From Adineta vaga (lineage: Eukaryota; Animalia; Rotifera), in NCBI GenBank assembly GCA_021613535.1, contig CP075497.1:8157488-8221487 (forward strand): a stretch of 64,000 nucleotides of DNA, written 5' to 3'. The notes under the pieces were generated by a model. The model searched no databases and was not told where the DNA came from. It saw only the letters and a list, made by a program, of their open reading frames with translations. Position numbers and translations under genes: made by a program. Below, one piece after another: positions 1 to 13,456 of this stretch; within the stretch, counting starts at the first letter, position 1, and each line of letters starts with the position of its first letter.

Positions 1-814
1 GACCATTAAGATCCCAATTGTTCTTCGAAGAAAAGACGATGACGACTTCCGTCTTCACCATCTGCTTGACCTCACTCTCTCCTCATAGTGATACACTGTA
101 TAAATGTCGATGACTTACCCTTCTCTTGCTTACTCTGTTTCTCGTGCAGACGATGCCATTAAATGACTATTCACTGACACTTTTTATGTGAAGGGCTCGT
201 CCACAACAATTGAGAGAAATAAATTAAATTTAAACATTTCAATTGTAAGTGAACGAAGCGAATGGCAACTGTGCTTAGTCTTTGTAGGGCTACATATATA
301 ATCGACATGCGTCAATGTATAAACAAACGCTGTGTGACACCCTAGATCTGTTCAAAGAAGAAAAGAGAAAAGGGACAATAGACAATGTATACCAATTCGT
401 TCTGGACTTTCGCGTGACAACAGCTGGGCCTGCATATGTTCGGACAAACGACGCTTTAATGACTCAATTGACACTATGTATTGATCTGAATGACAGAAAA
501 CATGGCCATAAATACCCTAGGGTGTATCCTATTCTGGTTTTGACTGACATGAACAAAACGAATTTATGTTCTGTATTGAATCAATAAGATATATTTTCCT
601 ATCGTAATACTAATAGGAACAAAAAATAACCTTGTCAAAAGAAATTTTTCAATGAGGAAATAAAAAATGAAGGGTATGATTGACAGTTTATCGTATGCGC
701 AAAGAAAAAGACCGATTTTTACATTCAAGAACAACTGATTGTTCTATGATCAGTTTCAATCGATCGATTGCATTCGTATACATGTATAAGCAATGATGTG
801 CATCTAACTACTGA

Positions 815-836
815 TATATATATATATATATATATT
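815..836. repeat. (TA)11 microsatellite. Further (TA)n runs at about 3256-3276, 23583-23598 and 23806-23821. (GTA)7 at about 16081-16101. (CAA)n and (CAG)n runs within coding polyQ tracts
   Basis: Direct reading of the sequence. Confidence 0.9.
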
Positions 837-3800
837 CATAGAATAATCGCACCTCCTTTTCTCTTCTTCTTCTTCTACTATTACTGGCCATTGCACACGC
901 TCATATCATTGATATTAACTGTAAATTATACATAATTCAAGGAAAGAGAAGAAAAGAGATCATTTTAAATTAGTTGAACATATCATCATCTACAAATCTA
1001 ACGAACAATATCCACATATGCGTAAATGGATCAAGAGACTATCAGTCTACTCACCTGTTCAATCCTTGTTTCTGACAGCAGTCAGTCAAATATATAGAAT
1101 GATGATCAAATGCAAACTGACCTCTTTCGTTCGTTAGTAATTCGATCCACTGTATAAAAAAAAGAGAGAAAACGAAATGAACAAAAAGTAACAATACATA
1201 GTTATACATGTATATCTAATGATTATTATAATACCTCGCGTTTGTCTTCGTCTTTTATACTTCGATACTGATAGGATTGTGTTAGAAACAAAAGATGGAA
1301 TAAAAACAGACAAAATCGAAGAAAGAAAGAGAAAGAGAGAGAAAAAAATCATGTGTCCAAGAACGATGGACAAACAGACTTACTTTATAGTCACATCATC
1401 AAATCAATCGAGCAAGAAAGATTGCATGCACGTTCATTATTAAAATGTAAATACGTCCACATCATACATACGCTTGCTTTATAATGTATGTATATTCGTA
1501 TTATTACTGTGTCGTCGTAGAATGACTGACACACAAAGGAAGATGATTTTTTAACATGGTCTTTTTCTCCTCCTTCTTCCGTTCAGTCATCGTCTCTTTC
1601 CTCCCTCGGTCTCCCCCCCCTCTCTCTCTCTTTCTCACTCTTCGTCTCTCTGTCTTTTGCCTGCTGTTCAATCGTTATTAGGAGTGTGTCAATCATTGTC
1701 GTTCGAGTGCCAAATAAACGCACATAGATGCACGTATATTTTCTCTCTTCTCAAATATCTGAAGGGTGCATGTGACAGTAACATTAGCTTACGTATTTGG
1801 AGTCCACTATCGTAGTGATGATACATAGCGTGCTGTTAGATCATTAAAAGTTTGTGGTCAATTGGATTCTATCTAATCGACGCGACATCGCATGCCGTGT
1901 CCACAAAGATGGATTAATTTCAAAATTCATTCCTAATGAGAAAAGACCAATGATGAGCTTTTCCTACTTTACATATACCTTTAAAGTGGCATGCAGCTGT
2001 CAATATTCACAGACATATACATCTATAGACATGAAATAGTTTCTTTTGAACTTGAAATTTTCTTTTTCTCAAAATGTAGCGTTAGATCTAAAGAGTGTTT
2101 CTATTCAAATGAAAGCATACAACTATTGGTCATCTTAAGAAGAAAAATCTATCGAGAGAAAGTGCACTTGTCCTACGAATGTTTATTCAGCTTGTAATTC
2201 ATTTTTGGATGTAACAACTTACTCAGCAGTACATGATTTCTTTTTCCCTTCGTCTTCAAACTTCAAGCGCTTTTGAAGTTTTCAGATCTATTACGTGTCA
2301 ATAAATTCTTTTCATCTTATATAAGACAAGAGAAAACAGATATTAACTGTCCTCAAAAAGAAAATCTGCTTTCTTTCTTTCTTTTTTTTTGTATAGATTT
2401 CTATTAGTATAATTAATGAGATTGAATAGTCTGATTTCAGGTCATTTTTCATTCTGTTCAATTCTAGACCTTGTATTCAATCCGTAAATCAATATTATTC
2501 ACACTTAACTCCTCTCTTGTTCAAGGCAAACTTTCAATCATAAACGATCAGTTTTAATGGTTTTATCATTACATTGATTGTGACGATATTCGATAAGTAC
2601 GATGACTTTTTAATCGATCTTTCTATACGTCAATGATGATCGCTATAATTATTTATAATACCGTTTGTTTCCCCATACACATATGTAATCATCTAACATT
2701 TAAGATATCCACAGCTTCTAGTATAAATGATGGCGGGTGGTAACTTATGATGATATATGCTCATGCTGTTCGCAGTGAAGCGTAGAATGCCTTAAGACGT
2801 ATACCTTATCATGAATAAACCAGACAAAATGTCACTGAAAGAAAATGAGTAGACTTTCTCTTATGAATGCCGACGATAGTTTGTCTCCTGAACAATTTCA
2901 TGTCTTTGACTATGAGTTGTCTTTACATTAGTCAAGATGAACGAACAAACAGATGTGTATATATGTTCATACATTTTATACATATCTGTAGAGCACATGT
3001 GCGTATAGTCTGTTATATTTATTCAAACGGTATTTTTCTCATCTTCATAGATTTGAAATTCTTCAAAAAAAAATTACATTTACACTTCTTACCTTTTTCT
3101 TTCAATATAAACGCATCTGTTCATATACCCTGAAGATTACCATGATGGTCATACAATTTCAAAATTGAATTTCAACATTGCAACTGTATGAATAAAAAAA
3201 AGCGAAAAAAAGATAAATGAGTCGTAGTTGTATATATGCGTACATCTCCATTCGATATATATATATATATATACATATTTATATAATATCTAATGTTTAG
3301 AAATACAGATCATATATAGAGATGAATATCCATTCGGATTGCAATGATCATGATGAACAATAGTTGCTGACAGTCAACGAGAAAGAGAACAATCACCATT
3401 CAAGGATCTATCATTAACGATGTCATAGTGAAGATGAGTAATGGATAAAATAAAGGATAAGAATTGAACAGACGTTATATCCATCGGAATTGTATATGCA
3501 TGTTTGACTTCGATAAATGAATGATTAAATCAAATGTTTGCAACTGACTGATATGAAACGATTAGTAAATTTTACCTTACAAATCATAAACGATAAGAAT
3601 GGTAGGAAGTTTTCGTATTAAAAAGAAAAAACAGGTCACCTTGAAATGTGTAGTCAAATAAATAATCAAACGAAAAGTATAGACATCAATCTGATGAAAA
3701 GGAGTAAAAGAGAGTGAACTTATTAGAGCTCATATATTGATGATTTCAAACGATCAAATAACATTCATATCTTTGAAGATTTAAATAGTACAAATACCTT

Positions 3801-5129
3801 GAAATTTATCAATGAGTTTCAATTATTTACTTTAGTTAAACATTTAGAAATCAATTATTGATTTACGAAAAAAAAAGATTTTATCACGAATATATACATA
3901 TATATAATAGAGTTTTTTTTAATATTTAAGATATCGTACTGTATTTAGGTCGATCTTATGTAACAAAAAATCTGATCTTCTTTCTTTTACATCATTTGAA
4001 TATAAGAAATTCAAGTCTTTAGAAGATGATAATCTCCAGAAGAAAAGATTGGATTAATTGAATTTAGATCAATATTATTCTATCTTTCGTATGAAATCAA
4101 ACTTTCTTTCTGGATCTAGTTGACGTTTAACGTTTTAACAATGAATCAAATATTGACATGCGATTCGATAACATGTCAAAAATAAACTATATAAGCGATA
4201 AATGATATTTGGATAAAAAATGATGGTTGACTGAATGGATGATGATCATGATTAGACAACAAACATGATTGTGCAATATGACGTACATATACATGTTGGC
4301 TAGAGTATTGATATAAAAATACGCCATTAGAATAATTAACTTCTAGTTTTTTTTTGTCCATCTTGAATTATTTATAATTTTGTTTTAATTTTGATAATGG
4401 ATTTTAAGCAATTCAATTGATTAGAACATTGAGAATAGGTTTTCGATATAAAAATCAAATTGAACATCTATGATCAAATACGGATTATTTCAAAAATTAG
4501 CTTTTCACACGTTTTAAAGATCAGATTATCTTTATTAAAGATAATTATGAAAAAATTATCTTTGATTATCATACAATTTGACACTCATTAGCAAGACATT
4601 TGACATCTTTTCCTCGGATTTTCTTTTTTTTTAAATGTTTTGAAATATAAGTTTTATTTTGAGATAAAAACTGTTGTGAAAGATGGAAACATCAACACAC
4701 ACACTTCATAGAATACAAGATAAATACCATGATGATTTCGACGGATACTGAACCTATAAGCATGCACACACACACACAGATATATATATATAACGAAATA
4801 AAAGATGAGTGATTTGAAAGATAGTAGAAATGTGTATGTGCGTAATTTGAAGAAAAGATTGAACGAGGACATTTGCAAGAAAGAAAAACAAAACTAATTT
4901 TCTGACTAGTGACATCTACTCGTTAGTTATCTTTCATTTTGATAAGAAAAAAAACATCGAGGTTCAATTCGTAAAGATCTGAATACATGTACAGATATAT
5001 AAAGACGTGTTTAGAGCTTGAATACATTGAATAAAGCGAAAAGAAGAAGAAGAATTTTGTTTTTGAAACCAATAGACGAATGAAAAAGGAAAATAATTGT
5101 TCGTTTTGTTTTTATTTGGAAGGAATGAA

Positions 5130-6119
5130 TCACTTTTGCTCGTCATCAACATCTTGTACTTCATTGTTACCGTTCTCATTATCACCAGGCATGTCAGTTG
5201 TCCATAAAGTTAGATTGTCTCGTAAAAGTTGCATGATTAATGTTGAATCTAAAACAATAACATTGATCAACAATCAGAAATTGAATCATTAATCAAACCT
5301 TTGTATGTATCTTCATTCAATGTTTCTAATTCCGCAATCGCATCATCAAATGCCTTTTAAAATAAATACGAGAAACGTTTTCTTGGTAAAAAAAAAAAAG
5401 AAGAAACAAATTAACATACTTGTTTAGCTAATCGACAAGCTCGATCAGGTGTATTGAGAATTTCATAATAAAATACCGAAAAATTCAAAGCTAAACCAAG
5501 TCGAATAGGATGTGTTGGTGGTAATTCATTTTGTGCAATATCATTGGCTTTTGTATATGCAACAAGTGCATTTTCTGCTGCTTCTTTTCGATCTTCTTGA
5601 GTTGCAAATTCCGCTTTATAACGATGATAATCACCTTTCATTTTTAAATAGAATACTTTACTTTCACCTGATGTTGCATTTGGTAAAAGATGTTTATCAA
5701 GTAAATCAAGAATGTCTTGACAAATATCACGTAGTTCTTTTTCAACCTAAATTTAATTATCATTTTATCAAGTACAAATACTTTTCATTAAGCATACCTG
5801 TGAGCGATATTTCTTTGTCATTGCTAATTTACTAGTTTCCGCTTTACTCTCTTCCTTACTTTCAATATTAGTTATAATTCGCCATGATGCTCGTCGTGCA
5901 CCAATTAAATTTTTATATGCTACGGAAAGTAAATTTCGTTCCTCAACAGTTAATTCTTGATCCATTTTGCCAACTTTTTTCATTGAATCAACCATTTCTA
6001 TCAATAGGAAATTTTTGAAATAGGTACCAATGAAAAACAACTTATCTGTTTACCTTCATAACGTTCAGCTTGTTCAGCTAATTTTGCTTGATAAACATCG
6101 TCATCACGTGTCGCAGGCA
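5130..6119 (-). CDS. 14-3-3 protein (gene span, about 4 exons)
   Basis: Minus-strand exons translate to [22 protein letters not shown] / [35 protein letters not shown] / [98 protein letters not shown]...[38 protein letters not shown], ending in an acidic tail. These are canonical 14-3-3 signature blocks. Introns are short GT-AG. There is a TTTATT (AATAAA on minus) about 14 nt after the stop. Confidence 0.9.
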
Positions 6120-6476
6120 TGATTATGAAAAGAATCGAATCGAAAGAGAATTGATCAGAAAAGGCAAATGTTAACTAGTAGACCGCAAATATGTTAAACA
6201 AAAGAACAGCGACTGTTGACTAGGAACCATATTGTTTCGTTGAACAATTCACTCTTCATGAATTAAATAATGCGGAAGAGATGAAGAAAATTCAAAGAAG
6301 TTTTTCAATTGAATTTAAAAACTTAAATGAGAAAGAATTTAAATTGAGAATTTTTGTTTTTTCTTATCAAAAAATTCTTAAACATGACATCTGCAGATGG
6401 CGGAACAATATGTATCTATGAATTGATCATTCTTTTGACATATATTCGATTGTAAAAAACAAACAGTTCGCCTTTT

Positions 6477-7423
6477 TTAACATGGTTGCTGAGTTCCATT
6501 TGGAATATTTTGGTGACAAAATCTCGTATAATTTGCCTTCTCTTCCTGGGAAATTTCTACAGCTTGTGTATCGAAGCATACGTCACTTTTATTATTAATA
6601 TTATGTAAATTCAATTCCATACGAATCATATGACCATTTTTATATTGTGGTTCATGTGGATCTGGATAACCATTAGGTATAAATTGATTGCATAGAAAAC
6701 CACATCGATTATATAATTTCTGTGCACGACAGTTTTCGTAGTTAGCGTGTAATTGAACATAACGTGTAACAGATTTGCTCACTTTAATCTTGATGAATGA
6801 AATAAAAAAAAAACAAATTTTGATTTCGCTCTTTAAAAATGAATTTACCACATGATTTATAAATTGATTGAGAAGAATGGATGCTAATCGATTTTGACGA
6901 TCTTCAGGTAACACACTGATAAAACATATATATGGATATGGTAGTTTTGGTGATGGATACTTCATTGTTCCAAATATCATAGCACGCCAATTTTCTGGAT
7001 GATCAATAAATGTTAGTGCATACATAATTGGACATTTTGGAATATATGGTTCATAATTTGATTTATTGAACAATGATCGACGTAAGAAATTAGCTAAAAG
7101 TTTATATTGGTGTTCAGGATTTCTTTTTGTTAAGATATTCAATTGATATAATTCATAACGATCACGATATATATTCTTATTTACACGAGTATAATGAATA
7201 TGTGTTGGATTATCTAAAGATAAATTCATCTATGAATGATGATTTTCTTTGGTAAAAGATTCCGAAAATAAATACTTTTTTCTGATAGATTTTTAACCAA
7301 TAATATTGCTGTAAGAATAACAATAATTGAAACGACTATTATGATACCGAGTGTCTTAAATATACATCGATTTCTAGATGAATTCTTTCGTTGAGCTTCT
7401 ACTAAGTCTAATGGATAATTCAT
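6477..7423 (-). CDS. Putative type-II membrane GNAT-like N-acetyltransferase (two ORF segments, probably joined by a short intron)
   Basis: The N-terminal ORF has a single hydrophobic anchor (IIIVVSIIVILTAILLV). The downstream 250-aa ORF contains a GNAT motif-A-like block (LHANYENCRAQKLYNRCGF). The frame shift between the two ORFs implies an intron. Assignment is by weak motif only. Confidence 0.35.
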
Positions 7424-7718
7424 ACAAACTTATAGATGATAATTGAACTGAATTGGTTTGGTTTGAAATGTTTTCGCGCAATAGAATAGTTATAAAAAAT
7501 ATAAGATTCGTAGACAAAAATAATAAGACGGAATGAAAATTTGATGATTTTTATTTTGTATTGTTCGTGAATAAATTAAAGATGAAATTTTATTTTACTA
7601 CAAAAAGAAAACGAATAAGAATGAACCATATCAAGAAATGAAATTAATAATCTGACTGAAATAGTTCAAAAAGAAAAGAATGAATGTTTTAATTGAAGTT
7701 TGTGTTAAATGATTTTAT

Positions 7719-9189
7719 CTAGTAGACGAGTTGTTGTGCCAATGGATTAAACATTGGTTGTTGACTCGGATAACTATGGGTTGGTGTACCAAGAGTATTA
7801 CCAGAACCTACCATTGGCATGCCACTTGGAATCATTCTACCTTGTTGCATCATTGGACGATATCCATATGACATTCCTTGATGTGCTGGATACATATATG
7901 TTTGAGGAACATAATTTGTTGGTAATGGTGGAATTGATTGAGGAGCGGTTAATTGTTGCATTGATGATTGCATTTGCACAGGTCGATACATAACTTGTTG
8001 TTGAGCAGGTTGTTGTTGCATCATTCCCATCGATTGTACAGGTTGTTGCTGCATCATTCCCATCGATTGTACAGGTTGTTGCTGCATCATTCCCATCGAT
8101 TGTACAGGTTGTTGCTGCATCATTCCCATCGATTGAACGGGCTGTTGTTGCATCATTCCCATCGATTGTACAGGTTGTTGCTGCATCATTCCCATTGATT
8201 GAACGGGTTGTTGTTGCATGACACCCATGGCTTGCATTTGTTGTGGTTGTAAAACACCCATGGATTGCATCTGTTGCGACGATGGCATCATCATCATTGT
8301 TGTTTGTGGCATAGGTGCTCCCATTGGTACTGGTTGAGCATATTCAAAACTTGATCCTGATGAAAAACTTGGATCATTATCCATATTACCATGATATGCA
8401 ATGGGTCGTCCGATTGAACCTGCAATAGAATGATTTCGATAAGGATTACCACTTGCCATTACACCATTTGAAAATGAAGGTAATCCATTGCATTGATTAC
8501 TAAATGGTGAACCAGGTTGACTATAACCACTTCGAAGTGGTCGATCGACTTTAATAACTCTAATAAAAATAAATATCTACATAGTTGTTTTATTAAAACA
8601 AAAGAAAAAACCTTGTTCGAACAATTGGTGGTGGTGCTTCTTCTTGCATTTCTTTTTGAATAATACGCGGTGGTGGTGTACGTGGTTGTTCAATAACACG
8701 TTCAACAATTTCCTGAGCTTGTGGTCGAATAATAACCTAATGAATATAAACGATATTCAAATGATAATGTTTCTTTTCTAGATTGAAAATTTCATACTCG
8801 TTCCATAACAGGTGCTTCTGGTGTTGGAGCACGTTCGACGACTCGTTTAATAATTGGTGGTGGAGTTGGTGCACGAACAACATCACGTGGACATCGTCTT
8901 TCTCGTGTTATCATTCGACCACGATATTCATATTCATCACCACTTTCACTATCGGATGAAAATGATCCCGGTGAATATGACCTAAGAAGAGAATGTATTT
9001 TTGTAAGAAAAACAAAAGATCCATATTCAAAAGTATCGACGTATTACCGTCGTTGATAATTAGCATACATATTCGTTGGAATACCAGTTGTATATCCGTT
9101 TAACATTGATGGATCAACACCATAACCATTTGTAGGAGGTGCTGCAGAAACGGCTGGTGCTCCATTGGGATAGACATAACGATAGGACA
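7719..9189 (-). CDS. Low-complexity Q/M/P-rich protein (gene span, at least 4 exons) with PP/PY-rich N-terminal exons and 11-aa tandem repeats
   Basis: Exon 1 on the minus strand is MSYRYVYPNGAPAVSAAPPTNGYGVDPSMLNGYTTGIPTNMYANYQRR, followed by a GTAATA donor. Middle exons encode RAPTPPPIIKRVVERAPTPEAPVMER / VIIRPQAQEIVERVIEQPRTPPPRIIQKEMQEE. The last exon (ORF 7719..8459) has (MGMMQQQPVQS)n. No family assignment was possible from sequence alone. Confidence 0.5.
7990..8215. repeat. About 6-7 near-perfect tandem copies of a 33-bp unit (caggttgttgctgcatcattcccatcgattgta) inside the CDS, encoding MGMMQQQPVQS
   Basis: Direct reading of the sequence. The units are identical except for a few with g/c substitutions (gaacgggctgttgttg). 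Confidence 0.9.
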
Positions 9190-9900
9190 TCTCTTTTTCT
9201 CTATATGCACTTAAACAAAGTAATGTGTTTGTATTAACGTGAAACGAATGTTGTTGAACAGATCAGTACTTTCATTTGTCGACCGTCTCCGTTTCGCTTC
9301 AGTTCACTGCGTACATATATACGTACAGATAACGATCATTTATGTGAAGAGAGAAAGAATGTGGTCAAAATAGAGGGAAATATCGCGAAGACGAGACGGT
9401 GACCTCCTCATCATTTTGTTTTATACTTTACATACCATCACGATACAAGGTGAACACATGATTATATTTATTCATCGATAAATCAAAAACAAGAAAGAAA
9501 GCAATATTGAACCATTTAATATCTTTCTTTCATTATCTTTTGTCTCCTACACTTTTTTGATAAGCCTTTCAAAATTGATACGTTTCATGATTGTTATAAA
9601 ATATTCATTAATATTTTGACATTATATAAAATAGAAAACAAAAAGGAGGTTGATTAGCCATTATGATAGAATATCATTATCTATCCTACGCTTTTTGTTT
9701 CTTTAATCAAAATAAAAGAAATAATTCTTTTTTAAGACATAAAATTCGAGATGACATTCCATCTGATGGTTTCACAGTTTTTTTATTCATATTATCCATT
9801 ATACAGAATATTCAAAGTTCTAGACATGTTTACAGATGTTATTTCGTATTTAACATGAAAAATAAACTGTGTATGTGATCATATGTTAGGAGTCTAGTTT

Positions 9901-10215
9901 TTATTCGAGACTTCGTTTACCCAAGCCTGATGCAAATTTAACTGATGCTAATCGTTTACCCAATCCTGACGCGAATTTTGCAGCTGCCAAACGTTTGCCA
10001 AGACCACTGGCAAATTTCGCTGATACTAATCGTTTGCCAAGTCCACTGGCGAATTTTGCTGTAGCCAAACGTTTCGCTACATCAAAGTCTTCACTACTTA
10101 CATCATCCAATTGTTCATCACTGTATAGAAATGATGTTGATTCTACAACAGTATTGAAATGAAAAAGAACTAGAATAGCAAGTACACCAGCAATAAGAAG
10201 GAATTGTGTCTGCAT
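9901..10215 (-). CDS. Neuropeptide precursor (prohormone) encoding four KR-flanked copies of X4-KFASGL-Gly, predicted amidated peptides LATAKFASGLa, LVSAKFASGLa, LAAAKFASGLa and LASVKFASGLa
   Basis: ORF 9901..10305 on the minus strand. Its internal Met starts a classic signal peptide (MQTQFLLIAGVLAILVLFHFNTVVEST), followed by an acidic spacer (DEQLDDVSSEDFDVA). The motif then runs KR-LATAKFASGLG-KR-LVSAKFASGLG-KR-LAAAKFASGLG-KR-LASVKFASGLG-KR-SLE, which is a dibasic cleavage site plus a C-terminal Gly amidation donor repeated in 42-bp DNA units. The start is chosen at the Met before the signal peptide. The upstream 30 codons of the ORF look like intergenic read-through. Confidence 0.65.
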   Translation of the reverse strand: MQTQFLLIAGVLAILVLFHFNTVVESTSFLYSDEQLDDVSSEDFDVAKRLATAKFASGLGKRLVSAKFASGLGKRLAAAKFASGLGKRLASVKFASGLGKRSLE

Positions 10216-12807
10216 AGTTGTCCAAAATAAATTATAGGATAATATAGATGTTGATAATAAACTGCTTAACAAAAACTGAAATAAAAGAAAAACAACAAGT
10301 TTCAATTACAAATCATCTCACAAACTTTATAGCATTCAATCAATCACTTAGTAAAACAAAAGTAAGATATAAATTTCGTCAATAAAAATTCACAGAAATT
10401 CTCTAGAGAGATAATATAGACATCGTCTAGTGAAGCATATTTATGTTATGAATTTTTGGGAATGTGTGTATGTCAGTAATAACGATGCATGAATAACACG
10501 TATTCAACACAAATTTCTTTTTTTTTCTAGAACTACAATATATGTCAGCTTCCGCAAAGATAAACAACTCGACATATTCGCTTTTCTTTTATTCTTCCTT
10601 TATCCTTGCTTATTCTTTTATTTCTACTCGTATTATAATGAAAAGCAACACAATAACAATAATAACTATGGGCTAGCAAGTGAATTGAATATGAACGTCT
10701 CAACAACCAACACTAATTCTAGTTTGTTTGCATTCATCCGTTCGTTTCCTTTAAGCTCTCTATGTTCATTAGAATTAATCGAAGACATTTTCAAACAAAT
10801 GTAAACATCATTAATTGTTTTCAAGGCCAGTTGATACCTCAAATAATTGTATAAATTTTTTTAATGAAAGATTTACACATAGAGAAAAGAAAATTTTCCA
10901 AACGATGAATGAAAGAATGTACTGAAGTAGTACAAAAGAATAATATAAAAATGTCGAAGGATCTCTTCATGAAAAGATTAGTATCTATACAAAATAATGA
11001 ATTTGATCAATCAAAATCTTATCATCTGATTATCTAGAGAATACAAATGATATTTAGTACATTTCGAAACTTACTATTAATTAATCTGATATGTTACTTT
11101 AGTACAAATTTACGTTAGAGATGTATAAATAGTAACGTATAACCTACCTGTTCTCTTCGAATTTAAAATACCAAAACTGAACTTCTTTTCGTGTTGAAAT
11201 TATCAGAAAGAATCGGATACAATTGTTCACACACTCTTTTCCTATATAAATAAAACTTGAAATGAACTGAGAAGAAGAAAAGGAGGAAAAAAACCGTCGA
11301 GTCTCTTATTTTTCTTTCTATTTACTCTAGTTTGACTTTACTATGCCATCATCGGTGATAGATAAAAGAATCGATGTAAAATTTTCCTCTCATCTCTTTC
11401 GATTATTCTATGTAAAATCTAATCAAAAATTAGAATATGCAATACACATGTCAAAAGAATATCTCCTCTGGCTTTTGTTCGTCTGATCTATTGCATAAAA
11501 TATTGATCGTATAGAAGCGTGCAGAAAAAAAAGGAAATTAAAGACAATAATTATATTCTTCTCCTGCTTTTTGCTGATGATTTTCTGCTTATATGTTATA
11601 TTCAATCTGAATAATACATTGGAGAGCTGAAATTTATCTATTTCAATCAAATCTCTACATCTCTTTGTTTTTCTCAAATGATGTGATATCTAATTAGCTA
11701 AATTATATTCTTCTGCATGAATAATATTTGCTGTAAAAAAAGAGAAAAATTATAATCAGACGACGATTGGTTTTTTCTCTCTTTGGAATATTTTCTTCCT
11801 GATATAGAAATAATTGATAAACAATGAAACGGGATTGAATTTTGAAGAAAAAAAAAGAACAAGTTCATAAAGTGGAAGATAGATATGATTTTGTAAAAGG
11901 GAATAACTATTACTTCAGCAAATCGGAGCAGCTGTCAACTGATAATGGTTAAGTGAATAATCGAGACTTTTTCGGTATACATCATACAATGAAGGTTTAA
12001 TTATTGACTTTACTTAGTACTTTTCAATTTTCTTGTCATCATCAACTGACTTAGATGTGAGAAACGGATGATTTCATTCGGTTCTTAGTACCCATGAAGA
12101 AATATAAACATCTAACTATAACTTGTGATGAATATTGTTCGAAATATTTGTTTGTTTTCCTATTTAGATTAACACTCGCAAAAATATTAAATAATATTTT
12201 TCTTCGTCCTTTGCTCACAAATGTAAACAGACGAACTTTCTGTTCAAAATCATTTTACTCATGGAGATATCTGATGTAATGTTGAACCTCAATCTTTACT
12301 TAGAGGATGAATAGAATAAAACTAAATAGTATTATCCAGATTGATCGAGCTTATCAATGATTACAAATCTACTCAATGTTTACTTTCGGATATCTAAGAG
12401 GTTTCATTGGAACTGTATTATTATGATAAAGACATACAGGATTTTGAAGAAAATGGACATGATCATTCAATGAATAATCAAATTGTTCTGTCGCTTAGTC
12501 AAACAATTAACTAAAATTACGTTATTTGATTTGGATTGTATATGTATTTTTTCGGATATATAATAGTTGACATTTCTATATAATCAATAAATATATTTAC
12601 AACTGATTATTAAGTTGTCAATCATTTTATGAAAGAAAAATAACCGTTAAAGAACAGCGAAAAAGAAAATCTCAACAAATTTTTCGTTTTTTTTCTACTT
12701 ATAAAATCAATTATGTCAAAAGTATTGAATTTTTCCTTTTCATTCAAAGAAAGTCAATCGACAATTGAATAAACATACGTATTTTTCTTCTTCTTCTTCT
12801 TTTCGTT

Positions 12808-13167
12808 ATGAATTTCAATCCTGATACAAAACATGACCATCTACTTCCATCATATACGGATACTCAAATACATGATATTCTTGTTCTGATTGGATTTCTT
12901 ACCGTATGTGTAATATTATTTATTTTAATCATACAATTTTTTATCAAAGTACGAGAACTTTATCGTCAAAGTGAACCAAAAATATCATATGGAAAACTCG
13001 TCAATAAAACTAATCAACAATGTCGATGTCTTCCAACATTTCAATGTATAAAACCAACTTATCAGATATCAGATTCATCTCCATATTATGAACAAGTCAA
13101 TAATTCAGTTTATCGGATTATTAACTCTCGAACTTCTTCTTCGTGTATTCGTGTACATATTATTTAA
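12808..13167 (+). CDS. Hypothetical small single-pass membrane protein (119 aa)
   Basis: A clean 360-nt ORF in very AT-rich, stop-dense DNA. It has one hydrophobic helix (ILVLIGFLTVCVILFILIIQFFI) followed by a Cys-containing tail (QQCRCLPTFQC). No homology was recognised. Support comes only from ORF length and the transmembrane segment. Confidence 0.3.
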   Translation: MNFNPDTKHDHLLPSYTDTQIHDILVLIGFLTVCVILFILIIQFFIKVRELYRQSEPKISYGKLVNKTNQQCRCLPTFQCIKPTYQISDSSPYYEQVNNSVYRIINSRTSSSCIRVHII

Positions 13168-13456
13168 TAAAATTTTGTTTTCACTCTGTTATTATATGCA
13201 TGAATAATAAAGAAAGAAAATGAGTTTATCTCGAGATTTGATTTGTATTCTTGAATACAATTGAAAAACTGATGATTCGATTAGCTAATGATAAAATACA
13301 AATGAGAATCTTACTTTTTGTTTTTTTTATTTATTTAATAGATTCAATGACATGTAGAATAATCTCATCATGATTTCATTTGACAGAGTATCATAGTAAT
13401 AAAGTCATTGAATAGAAAAAGAAACTTTTGTTTTGATAGTATTGTTCTTTCTTGAT

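Noticed and set aside
7968-8198. Plus-strand ORF encoding (HSHRLYRLLL)n
   Set aside because: It is the antisense frame of the 33-bp MGMMQQQPVQS minisatellite and is open only because of repeat periodicity. The coding strand is minus.
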